In this document: positions 14,001 through 24,892 of the stretch, one piece after another
How positions within the stretch are numbered: the stretch's first letter is position 1
Layout: every line of letters begins with the position of its first letter
DNA from: Tubiluchus corallicola
Taxonomy: Eukaryota; Animalia; Priapulida
Assembly: GCA_030141605.1 (NCBI GenBank)
Contig: JAQGDQ010000093.1
Location: 310,001-374,000, forward strand
Length of the DNA stretch: 64,000 nt
Reading direction: 5' to 3'
Made by a program: the position numbers and the translations under genes
Notes under the pieces: generated by a model
Database searches by the model: none
What the model was told of the DNA's origin: nothing
The model's input: the letters and a program-made list of their open reading frames with translations, nothing else

Positions 14001-15944
14001 TTGGGAACGGTTTTTCTTTAACATTCTTATACAGTATTGGACACAATAATAAAAATATATCAGTTTTAACATTTTTAAAAAATAACAGCTGTAACAATGG
14101 CAAAGTAAACAGTCGTGTGATCAACATGTAAACTTAGCGACCAAAGATAAGCAATGCCAAGGCTGGTTAGCGAATGGATGAGTGGCTGACGAATTCAATT
14201 CGCACTTTGAGCACTGGTTTCCCGAGGAAAATATAATATATTATTCAGATCAATATGTGGCGTATGAGCCACTCATCTTGCGATTTGATTTAGACTACTG
14301 TAAAAGTCTGTGATCTGTCCACGCTAAGCTAAATTCAAATACAGTCAGTCCTTGCTTGACGACACTAATACGATCGAGCAAAACACGATGTCAGGCGAAA
14401 TGTCGTTAAACGAAACCAACAGTTCCATAGAAAGTAATGTAACAGATTTGAGATACGTTTCATAGGTCAAATATTCAATGCACTTTATACATATAAATTA
14501 AACGTTTAATGGGTTAACTCATATGTCTACTGATTAATTTTTTTCTGCTTGCCTGAAAAAACCGATCTTTCTTACCAATATTTAGTGGTTAAACTCTGCA
14601 TAGTGAAAGCCAAGCTCTGGGGCAACCTTGAGACAATTTCATCTAGATAATGTAATCTGGTTGCTATAGGAACAGGAATGGGCAAAATTCCTTCACATAA
14701 AGTTTGCATTCAGGTGCCTGGAGGCATATAAATCGCGAATAGATTGTATTGCACTCAATACAAACGACTATCATTTAGTTGTCAATCGAGAAGCAAAAGC
14801 ATAATTTATAATAAAAATTGTACTGTTTTAATGTTTCAAATATGCTAAAAGTGTTGCTGATCAAATAAAAAATGACATTGAACAAAGTAACAAAACGTCT
14901 TTAAAATGAGAAGTGCGTGCTAAGTGAGGAAAAGTTGTCAAATGTTCAGCGTCGTTAAAATGTAACGTCACCAAGCGGGGAGTCATTAAGCAAAGACTTA
15001 ATGTATATCGATCATTTAAACTAAATTATTATTCAAAATTAGTAAAACTATATTAGTACATACTATATTATGCAGTATACATATTATAGCATTAGTATAT
15101 TATACTATGTACATTAGAATGTGATACACTAGGATGCTACATCGCAAAAAAACAATAGTTCTAAAGCTCTTAAGAAAAACTCCAATGACAGCATATTACT
15201 GCATTTAATTAAATCAAGTTGTAACGCATTTTGGGATATAAGGATGCAGGTATGGCAGTATACACCCATTTGTTGATTGTACCCAGGGAAAGTAAGGCAT
15301 AACAAAGCTTTGGATAGGTTTATTGAATGCTCTTACACTGAGAGTTAACATGTATACATGTTTACTCAAAAAATACAAAGCCAATTTACATTTTAGACAT
15401 TAGACATACGTGTATAAGCAAAAAAGTCTATTCAGATTTTTTGTTTCTAGATAAAAACGTCTGTTGGGAAGTAAATAAACCTAGTCTACGAATTGGGACT
15501 AATTCATTTAAACTGAAGTTAGCTGTCTAATGATTTCAAAAGCAGATCTTCACTGATTCCCTAGACAGAGACTAAATTTATAATTAAAATTAAAAGGTAG
15601 TACAAGCAGTACATCAATTTCTGAAGTCCCAATACAATTTCCAATCGTAATACTTTTCTCACATTTTTAAGGCTTTTGGAGATCAAATTATTAAGAACTT
15701 CATGTTATGTGAAGCAGCAGAAGATTGCTTGAATTGTACTTGCTGCTGCATCAATAATTGGTACAAAATGTAGATAGAATGAAATGGTGAAGCCTTATAA
15801 TAGATTAAATTTAATATATTAAGTTCATTAAGTGAGATTCAATGTTAACTTTATGCAAAAATTCAATTGAAATTCCGTTGTCATCGAAAAAAGTTCATAA
15901 TTATATTAACTTACGCTTAATGCTGACGATTCGCTGTCTGTCAT
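1589..15944 (-). CDS. CXXC1: CXXC-type zinc finger protein 1 (CFP1, COMPASS subunit), 5' part; gene continues beyond the left edge
   Basis: Exons 15944-15915, 10663-10509, 7196-7096, 2093-1942 and 1687-1589 have GT-AG ends and compatible phases. They give MTDSESSALS-QQGDILRKFALPERQAKV...LYCICRSNDTSRFMIGCDNCNEWFHGDCINV...FYCEDCR (PHD)-NADPALQIRY...-CGECSACYRTVDCGTCDFCK (CXXC), matching the remembered CFP1 architecture. Confidence 0.93.
1942..2093 (-). CDS. CXXC1: CXXC1 exon, post-PHD linker
   Basis: ADPALQIRYNYKKLKR... resembles DPKLEIRYRHKK; phases are compatible. Confidence 0.88.
2135..2545. mobile_element. MITE family A (CAGGGTTC..GAACCCTG termini, hAT-like)
   Basis: TIRs with TTTCCCTGAC subrepeats; tccag(t) is repeated at both flanks; homologous copies at 28436, 33526 and 46642. 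Confidence 0.8.
3712..4296. mobile_element. Unclassified TIR element family G
   Basis: ~35-bp imperfect TIR ATGTGTGC..CAAAATC(A/G)TCCATAAGTC; homologues at ~61400-62460, 44262-44474 and 1-230. Confidence 0.7.
5428..5730. repeat. G-rich minisatellite, ~51-56 bp x 5-6
   Basis: Repeated GTGCTATCAGTAAAAGGGGGCAGGGGGCACAGAAAA. Confidence 0.9.
6047..6889. mobile_element. Kolobok/T2-like element
   Basis: TTAAAGGA...TCCTTTAA; reverse-complement similarity to 63040-63510. Confidence 0.6.
7096..7196 (-). CDS. CXXC1: CXXC1 exon, PHD finger
   Basis: GCDNCNEWFHGDCINVSQEKSKIIKHFYCEDCR with canonical splice sites. Confidence 0.95.
7600..7720 (-). mobile_element. LINE (L2/CR1 group) 3' fragment
   Basis: YSLPLCRTERFKSSFIPYAL-stop, a typical ORF2 C-terminal motif. 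Confidence 0.65.
7939..8120. repeat. ~60-bp tandem repeat x3
   Basis: Repeated GTGAGTCAGTGATGCACACTGGGATAGCA. Confidence 0.85.
9410..9775. repeat. TGACCTTGACCTTTGAC-rich dispersed repeat
   Basis: Repeated tgaccttgacc motifs with ~45-50 bp spacing. Confidence 0.55.
10509..10663 (-). CDS. CXXC1: CXXC1 exon, FxLPER motif and start of PHD
   Basis: ttttccag acceptor, QQGDILRKFALPERQAKV...YCICRSNDTSRFMI, GTAAGT donor. Confidence 0.93.
10914..11075. repeat. (GA)n microsatellite
   Basis: Direct observation. Confidence 0.95.
12363..12902. repeat. Imperfect (CAC/CAT/TAC)n trinucleotide array
   Basis: Direct observation; lies in CXXC1 intron 1. Confidence 0.9.
14342..15003. mobile_element. MITE family C (pogo-like, TA TSD)
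   Basis: TA-CAGTCAGTCCTTGCTTGACGAC...; inverted copy at 42379-43099 and partial copy at ~40255-40535. Confidence 0.72.
15915..15944 (-). CDS. CXXC1: CXXC1 first coding exon (MTDSESSALS)
   Basis: ATG plus 9 codons, then a GTAAGT donor; phase 0 matches the next exon. Confidence 0.65.
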
Positions 15945-18900
15945 CCTTCATTGAATGCATCAAAGGTCATACATAACTTCTACATGATAGATTTTACCAA
16001 GTCATCTTGAAAATTATTATCACACAAATAAAAAATTGTGTGATACAAATGTGATCCACGAATTCCAATTACTTAAACAAAAAGTCATCAGCAGTACAGT
16101 ACGGCTAAGTTGAAAAGCGAAAATGAAAATCGGCAATAGGAGCATTTTGCAAACTTCGCACTTCACGACCATCGCCGTCATAGATATATGTATATATTAC
16201 TACGCATAGACATAGACATTTGTTATAAAAAAAATTCTCCTCATTTACACCAGAATACAAATAGACCATAATTGCTATAATTATTAATTAATCAGGATAA
16301 ATTTTGCATAAAGGAAAGAGTTAGGGGGTGCAGGACCAAAGGTAGCCAATTGGCCATCGTCAAGTCAGCTACCTTCTAGGGTTAGTGTAAACTGTAAAAC
16401 ATTGTAGTGCTGCTAATTATACCGTGTAATATACTTTTGAATCAGGGTAAGAGAATCAACTGTTAATGTAAATCTGCAAGGGAAGAAGTGAAACTTGAAA
16501 GTTAAGTAACTAAATAGATTATGCAACAAGGAAGCATTACGCCATATAATAGAGCCTACATAATTAGGTATATCGAAGGTTACCATCATCACGCACTCAT
16601 GCAGTAGGGTGGTAACATTTTATCCACTGTTAGTTCAGTGTTCAGTTTAAATCTTGACAGACTCAGTTATGTGCATTTTCTAAAATTATATTAATCACTG
16701 TGGTGAAAACAAAAAGAATAGCTTATGCCATTAAGAAATTAGCCCAGTATACTTACATAATAAATTATGTGTAACATAATAATATTAATTATAAATCACA
16801 AATGTGCAAACTCTTTATTATTATTCTGGTCAAACTCAACATAATAAAAATTTACAATGTGACACTAGATAAGTTCTTTTGAGACTGAAAAATATATTAC
16901 TGTTCAGGTGACTGCCTATCATGCTACCATATTATCTTGCATTAAATCGCGAACTTTCACTGTTGTGAAGAAGTAAGTTGAACAAAATTGTTCAGTCATG
17001 TTAATCATTAGCATAAATTAGAAAGAATACATGTCCCATAATTGAGCCTTCTCTGACTCCTGAAATTAAGCATAATTATATGTTATATATGGCAACCAGT
17101 AGAGTTAAGCTGAAACCCAAAATGAGACGAAACTCGCCAATACTAGAGATCAGGATTAACTACAATTATGGCCAGGAGACGCGTGCCATTGATGATTCCC
17201 TGAGATGAACTATTATTTCACAATTTATCTCAGTTGATTTTTAAATTAACCAATTCCTCAAAATCTAAAATCAGGTTCACATGAACGAAACAATTCTTCA
17301 ATAGGGCTATAGGGCTCCATCATGTAACTTAATATAACATATTTGCAGAAAATTCGAAGCTAATTTAAGCTATTAAACTTGTAAAAACCGTGCCAATTAA
17401 CCAGCATAATTATATATCATTGTTAAACAAAAAAGAAACAAGTGCAATTATATAAAGCCTGCATACGAAAACAAACACAGTACATACACTTTAACGACGA
17501 TTAGGCACAAAACCTATAAACCCTACTTATGAAGATGCAGACAATAATACTCTACATGAAGACTACATCAGTCCACCACTATATGGATTTTTGCCAGTAC
17601 TCCATAATCTTCAGAATTACACACATCGTGGTTTGTCCAATAGCTCCCCTAAGTGGAGAAGTATACCAGACAATAACTTCAATGTTAAAGATTCTGGCGC
17701 TAAATAAAAAGCATTGATATAACATCCTGGGTTTAGCTATTGTCTGCCATAATTACTTCAATAAAATCGGGCCATCAACATATAGAGTAAAATGTGCCTT
17801 GTATAAATGCAGTTAACCGACAAACTAAAGAGAAGAGCAAAACTAGTCAGTCAGATTAAAATGTCCTGACCCATGGCTGTTACACATTTATTGGCCCAAT
17901 CAAGGTTCTTTTAGGCCGGTATTGCCAAAATGAGCTGGAATAAACCCAAACTGTCCCACAAAGGTAATGTTTGTCGGAAACACACACTGTAGACTGTAAT
18001 AGAGGGCTTAATATTTTTTTGCTAAGAGGTACAAAAACAACAAAATTAATAATAGTACAGAAAAAATTATTACAACAAAGTATTGTTGAATCAGCAGAGG
18101 ATTTATCGGTGGAACTGCTACATTATAAACGTGTCGGAAACTCACTGGGCTACAACGCAGACAAACACATTGAGCTATTATCAGACAATAGAGATTCAAT
18201 TCATTTGAGTATCCTAAATAATTTAAACGTAATGAAATTATGTAATTATACTGGACCAATTACTTAAAGACAGAAAGTCATCAGCTATTTATTATTAACT
18301 GACATTTAAAATAAAAGCTTGTAATAAGTAATAACAATAGTATGCAAACCTAGGCTGTACATTCAGTACACACACAACACGCACACGGACGAATACACAT
18401 CTGGCCATATATACACGCACATGCAAATGTCAAAAATTCAATCAAGTGCCAGCTACGTTGTGTTATAGTAAAGTAAGAATCCGGTTACAAACGGAATAGA
18501 TAATGCTATGCTGGGCTTCTCAGTCGAATAAATCTTTGTATTATCAGTTTTACAAGTATGCCTATATATAAGGAGTTGTTATAATAGGGTATACTATACC
18601 AGTGCGTCATTGTAAGGCATATGCAAGAAGTGTTGGTAGCTTTCGAGTTCGATTCTGATCGCTTTGAGCCTTTCATTATACTCTCAAAATTGCAGACTGT
18701 GCAAGGCACAGGAGCTTCTTGTCTATGCTAGTTCAGCAATACTTTGATGTAGTACATTGTTCTGTAATATTGTTCTGTATATATATATATATGCATGTGT
18801 GTATATGTATGTGGGTATATGTATGTATATGTGCGTGTATGTACGTACGTACATATTTGTATATGTATATGAATGTAGAAAAAGTATTTGGAAAAATGCC

Positions 18901-19640
18901 TTCTTAATAGTAAAAAGCAGTTCCTCATAAATTCTGTTTATTTTTTTAAATAATTGTCACACAGCATTAAACTCATTAATATTGTCATTTATATTTTCTT
19001 TTTGTTTTGATAATTTGTAGAAGATTACTAAGGACTGCATGTCATTGCTTAAGCTATACTTAGTGCTTTTTTCTGTCACTGTAACATAACAAATATAATA
19101 ATCTTTGTTAAATCAAACATTCATTTATTAAGCTAACTGCAAATATACATAAAATTATATGTTAGTTACCTCAGTTTTTGTTTAGAAACTACTAATTTAG
19201 GAAACCAAGCCGGTTATATTAATTCATTGTCTGTACCTCAGTACTCACTAGTGCTGCTTGTGATCATTTACTATTTTGACATATTAAAAGGATTGTTGAC
19301 TTGATCACCTTTTGATCGGCTCACTGTCCTCTCTCTTTTTCACTTATTACAGGCAGTTAGGCCTATTTACCTGTATATTATTCATCTATTGCACCCTTAC
19401 AGACGGGAAGTGGCTACTGCACAGTTGTAAATCGGAGAAAAAATAAATTTCAATATTATCAATTATAAATACAGTTTTACTGCTGATTGCTACAGCTTAT
19501 TTCACATTGTTAGGCGTATGCAGTGCAAACAAAATTTTTGTTACAAGACGTTGTTTAATATTCTGCATTCAAGTTCTCTAGGAAAACACTGCTACCTACT
19601 TCAGAACTGCGGGCAATAGCAACATGGAATTCGGGGTCAA

Positions 19641-19786
19641 TCATTTCAACAAACTCATTTCTCTAGATATCTTCGCAGCAGCTTTAAAACTTTTTATGGT
19701 GAAGATATTCTTCCTTTTTGCAGTAATACATTCCATCTCTCTTTTGCAGACTCTTTGTGTTATTCCAAAAACCATTATTTCAGTAC
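19641..19786 (-). CDS. VWA gene last coding exon
   Basis: [51 protein letters not shown]. Confidence 0.85.
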
Positions 19787-20924
19787 CTAGAGATAAGTAG
19801 TAATAGATCTGTTAAAGCAATAACCATTACTCGTGAAACACTAAAGACTTGACAAGTATATACGCGTTAGGGGCGAGCATACCAATTCTATTCAAACGAG
19901 GTTTTTAGTTCGAATTCGATTCGAGCCTAAAATTACACATGCGAATAATTCAGCATTTCAACCACATACGTTCTTTACCATTAAAATCTTTGAAACAGCA
20001 TGTGCAGTTTCTGTGCAAAATTTTTAACAAACTAATAGTGGTTTTACTGCAGAACAAAATCAAATAATATGCATGATCTTTGTAAGACAACTTTTTATTA
20101 ATGGTTCGAGAACTTATTCGAAAATCTTTCAAACTCAATTTGAATTCGATTCGGAATATTGAAATTCCTTCGATTTGAATTCGAAAGTCAAAAATTCGAT
20201 TCGATTTGAATTGTTTTCTGGTAGAGAATGCTCACCCCTAATACGTGTACAGTTTTGACTTGGCAAATAATTTTTATAGGGCTGATGCCATAGAACGTGA
20301 TTAGGTCTTACGAGTGTTGTAATTAAAAATTATACCAGAAACTAATGATGCAATAAAAAGTCAATGATGCTCACGGGTCTGCAACGCTTAGATTTGTACA
20401 GCCATGCATCTAGCGACAATTTCATTCATTCAACAATTCAATTCAAGTTTATTTTCTCAATAGCAGTTAAAATTCGACATAATTATTTTTACACTTCATT
20501 GCAACTGAGAAGGAACAGTGAAAGACTTATTGGTCACTTGATCAGCTTCCCCTTATTAAAAATACAAGTTTACTTACAGGCTCATGACATTTTTAGGTGT
20601 TTATATATATATATACATATATATACCTACTGTTAGGTGGACAGCTGAGCCACAACCTACAGAGTGATGGCACTGGTTGCAAACCTGCGCCATATAGCTA
20701 CAAATCTGTGGCAGAAGCTACAGAACAATACTACTACAAATCCGAACTAGAAGCTACGTAACAATATTAGGATGAACTTGAGACAGAAGATACAGAATAA
20801 TACTATTTAAAGCCTGAGTCAGAGGCTGCATGAACGTACTACTACATACATGAGTCGAAGCTGCTGAACAATGTCACACAGGGGCAAAGCACAGCCACAG
20901 GTCTATTGATTACTTGCAGAACTG

Positions 20925-21010
<86 letters not shown>

Positions 21011-24000
21011 ATTAAATTAAGTACCAAGTAGCAGAAATGTATATTTAACCTAGTCAAATTTTCAAAGGGCAGAAAAATAGGAAGCGAGAAATTCTTGAGA
21101 ATTGAATACGAGGTTACATTGTAAATAATAATAATAGTTATACTATATGCATAAATTTATGGTAAAACAGATACAGTAAAGTAAAGATGCAATACAAAAA
21201 ATCAACAAACATATCTCATATCAAATGAAAGCAAAAACAAACTAAATTCTTCAAGGTAAGCAAAAATTGTCAAATAATAAAAGGATGATATCAAGCAATA
21301 CGCAATTTAATTCAAGGTAAAAAGAAGTTATCACAAGCAAAGCAAAAACGGAATTCAACTTAAAGCAAAAAATTATGTCAGGCAAAAGCAACAAAAATCA
21401 ACTCAAAGCAGAAATGCAATTCAAAGCATAACAAAGCATAACATCAAGCAAAAAATTAATGAAATTCAATGTAGAGCTAAAAATAGTATCAAACAAAAGC
21501 AAAAAAATCTACTTAAGATGCTTCAATTTTTATTTACATACAGATTACCAAAGTTACCCTTTTCTTTGGCATTTTTAGCCACAGCACAAGTTCGATGCCA
21601 AGCCTTTCCAAGTCTGCCTAAGAGAATCATTATAACAATCTTTTCTGCGTCTTTACGACCATTTTTCAAGACACGAAGGGCATACTTTAAACCCTCATCA
21701 GCAGCTGCAGAGATTGACTCATTTTCTGTAAAAAGATAATTCTACATAATTATCCTGGTACAAAAATTCGAAAGCTGAATCACTCTTATTCATTCTACCA
21801 TACCATGGGAGGCGCAGTGTTAGGCCAACAGTTACAGAACCACACTAATGATGGAGATCAGACAAGAAGATGCCATTGGAGTGCGAAACAAGGCAAAGCT
21901 ATGAGACAATACTAAAACGCAGAACTGTGCCGGGCCAGAAGCTACAGACATGTACTAGTGGGCACAAAACTATAGTGTATAAATTACACGTGAATTCTAC
22001 TTGCCACAAAACTTAGTCAGAAGGTTCATGTCACAAACAATTATTATCTTTGAAATGAGCCAAAGCCCAAAAATTCTACTATTAGGTGGACATATTGCTA
22101 CAAATCTGTGGCAGAAGCTACAGAACCATACTACTACAAATCTGAATTGGAAGCTACGTAACAATACTAGTATGAACTTGAGACAGAAGATACAGAATAA
22201 CACGATTTAAAGCCTGAGTCAGAGGCTGCATGAACATACTACTACATATATGAGTCGAAGCTGCCAAACAATATCACACAGGGGCAAAGCACAGCCATAG
22301 GCCTATTGATTGCTTGCAGAACTGATGTGAAATATACGCAGCTATAGGCCTACTGTTAGATACAAAGGTAAACCAGAAGCTACTTAAGAATTTTACTATA
22401 CATAAAGCATATGGTACTAGTGCCTGAAAAGGTGAGTCACTCTTTAGAAGTACATTCTTCATTATTACGAAGCACTTACCAGGCTAGAAAGCTGATTATG
22501 TTATATGCACTGGATAATTAGACTAATTAGGTTTTGTTATTTGGTGTTTGTTAAATCAAAAACCACACAGAAGGATCGAAGTTGATTGATAAAGACAAAA
22601 TGTCGTGTTATTCACCTGGTTTAATAAACTTTAGTGCCCTTATGTGATTTTTGAGATCGTCAATTGAATTCTTGTTTGACGAAGCATGGCTAAGATAGTC
22701 AAATATTATCCTTGTTTTATCTGGCACAGAAAAACTGACCATGCCCATTCTACTGCCCAACGGTCCAAATTCGTTTAGAGAATTCATGTAGTCAGTAAGA
22801 CCCTGAAACGTGCGACAGTTATGACCAAATACATGCAAAAAATTTATACAGATCAGTAGAATTTGATCATTGTCGAAATGTTGACATGTATGCTTGCTTT
22901 TTTCCTTTTTACACAATAAGAAATGAACATCGGTCACGACAATATTTTAAACACGAATATTATTATTTAACCCGGCCCGGAGCCCTAATTACTTACAATT
23001 AGGAAGCTGATCAGAAGAGTATGGTTAGTTCTGCCAATGTTTCGACTTTCATCCACAACAAAAACCACATCAATAGGGATTCCTAGCTCAAGAAGAGAAC
23101 CTCCGGAACTCGAGTGTTGAATCACTTTGATCGTCGATTGGATGGGTTTCTGTTTCGCCAAAAAATGTTCTGTTAGGTCCTTTTTCTCTTCCTTATCTGA
23201 ATGAAGACGAAGCATGAATTACAACATTTTGTTTAGTAGCTTACAGTTTTTGCCTTTCAGAGAAAGCTGTGACAAGTGCATTCACATGGCAAATACTTTG
23301 AGACAATACTGTGATAAGTGCATCAATTACTTTGAGACAATACTGTGATAAGTGCATCAATTACTTTGAGACAAAACTGTGAAAAGTGCATCAATTACTT
23401 TGAGACAAAACTGTGAAAAGTGCATCCACATGGCAATTACTTTGAGACAAAAGTTTGGCAAGCGCATTTACATGGAAATTACTTTGAGACAAAACTGTGA
23501 CAAGTGTATTCACATGGCACTTACTTTGAGTCAAAAGTTTGCAAGGGCATTCACAGGGCAATTACTTTGAGACAAACAAGTGACAAGTGCATTCACATGG
23601 CAATTACTTTGAGTCAAAACTGTGACAAGCGCATTCACATGGCGATTACTTTGAGACAAAACTGTGACGAGTCATTTCATGGCACTTTGAGACAAAAGCG
23701 TGACAAATGCATTCACATGGCAGTCACTTTGAGAAAAATATGTGACAAACGCATTCACATGGCAATTACTTTGAGACAAAACGGTGACAAGCGCATTCGC
23801 ATGGCAATTACTTTGAAACAAAACTGTGACGAACACATTCTCATGGCACCTTGCGACAAAAGCGTGATAAATGCATTCACATGGCAGTCACTTTGAGACA
23901 AACATGTGACAAGCGCATTCACATGGCAATTACTTTGAGACAAAACTGTGACAAGCGCATTCACATGGCAATTACTGTGAGAGAAAACTGTGACAAGCAC

Positions 24001-24516
24001 ATTCTCATGGCACTTTGACTAAACTATGACAAGCACATTCCATGGCACTTTGAGACAAAAGCGTGACAAGTGCATTCACATGGCAGTCACTTTACAATAT
24101 TGCTTTAGCAGCAGATGGCTACACTAATATGCTCTATTTCAATATTAGAAATCGTTTAAAGTGGTCAGGTAATTAGTAATAATTTTCTATGAAGTTTTGC
24201 CTTAGCCTTTTGGAACACGTTTATGAATATTTCGGTAGCCATGTACAAAACTACTAATGCACAACCGGTGTCCAGATTGCTGCTCCACTGTATGTTTTTC
24301 TAAAGACTTCAGATTTTTTACCTACTTGCAGTATGACTTTGTAATTTCTAGAAAGCAGTGTCAAGTTCAGTACATGTATTTTCACCGCGACGCGACATTC
24401 GAAGTTATAGTATGAACCTGTAGCTTTTAGACTACTATGTCAATATGATACTTGTGTTCTAGTATTAATAAGTAAGAGAAAAAGAAGAAGAAGAAAGAAA
24501 GAGAAGAGTGAGAGAG

Positions 24517-24560
<44 letters not shown>

Positions 24561-24737
24561 GGATGGATGGATGGATGGATGGATGGATGGATGGATGGAT
24601 GGATGGATGGATGGATGGATGGATGGATGGATGGATGGATGGATGGATGGACGGACGGACGGACGGACGGACGGACGGACGGACGGACGGACGGACGGAC
24701 GGACGGACGGACGGACGGACGGACGGACGGACGGACG

Positions 24738-24779
<42 letters not shown>

Positions 24780-24892
24780 TAGATAGATAGATAGATAGAT
24801 AGAGAAACAGAGTCTACGATACCTTCACAAGTAACCTTGCGAATAATAGCAGCCATGGTAACACAAAGCAGTACTAGTGGAACAATCTTCAT
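19641..24892 (-). CDS. Secreted single von Willebrand factor A (VWA) domain protein, ~256 aa, degenerate MIDAS
   Basis: Exons 24892-24823, 23196-22997, 22802-22616, 21725-21558 and 19786-19641 total 771 nt, all GT-AG and phase-consistent. Signal-like [17 protein letters not shown], then [55 protein letters not shown] and NIFTIKSF, the VWA beta/alpha pattern. Confidence 0.85.
19868..20240. mobile_element. hAT-like MITE family D
   Basis: TIR TAGGGG(C/T)GAGCAT; 8-bp TSD atacgcgt/atacgtgt; TTCGA-rich subterminal repeats. Confidence 0.82.
20928..21003. repeat. (TA)n(GA)n microsatellite
   Basis: Direct observation. Confidence 0.95.
21558..21725 (-). CDS. VWA gene exon 4
   Basis: [36 protein letters not shown]...AKNAKEK. 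Confidence 0.85.
22616..22802 (-). CDS. VWA gene exon 3
   Basis: [25 protein letters not shown]...IRALKFIKP. Confidence 0.85.
22997..23196 (-). CDS. VWA gene exon 2
   Basis: DKEEKKDL...[34 protein letters not shown] donor. Confidence 0.85.
23262..24092. repeat. 42-bp minisatellite with 30- and 36-bp variants, ~20 units
   Basis: Unit TGTGACAAGCGCATTCACATGGCAATTACTTTGAGACAAAAC. Confidence 0.92.
24521..24802. repeat. Compound tetranucleotide AGAT-GGAT-GGAC-AGAC-AGAT
   Basis: Direct observation. Confidence 0.97.
24823..24892 (-). CDS. VWA gene exon 1, signal peptide
   Basis: [23 protein letters not shown] with a phase-1 donor; an acceptor 4 nt upstream of the ATG implies a further 5' UTR exon. 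Confidence 0.75.

Noticed and set aside
18590-18700. tRNA/Pol III gene (upstream TATA, GAGTTCGATTC B-box-like motif)
   Set aside because: I could not build a cloverleaf or find a matching A box and acceptor stem.
23262-24092. CRISPR array or intact zinc-finger gene
   Set aside because: Head-to-tail units without spacers; lacks the Cys2/His2 pattern and has frameshifts.
24440-24822. [12 protein letters not shown] repeat ORFs
   Set aside because: Tetranucleotide microsatellite; only the first 23 codons of the minus ORF are a real exon.
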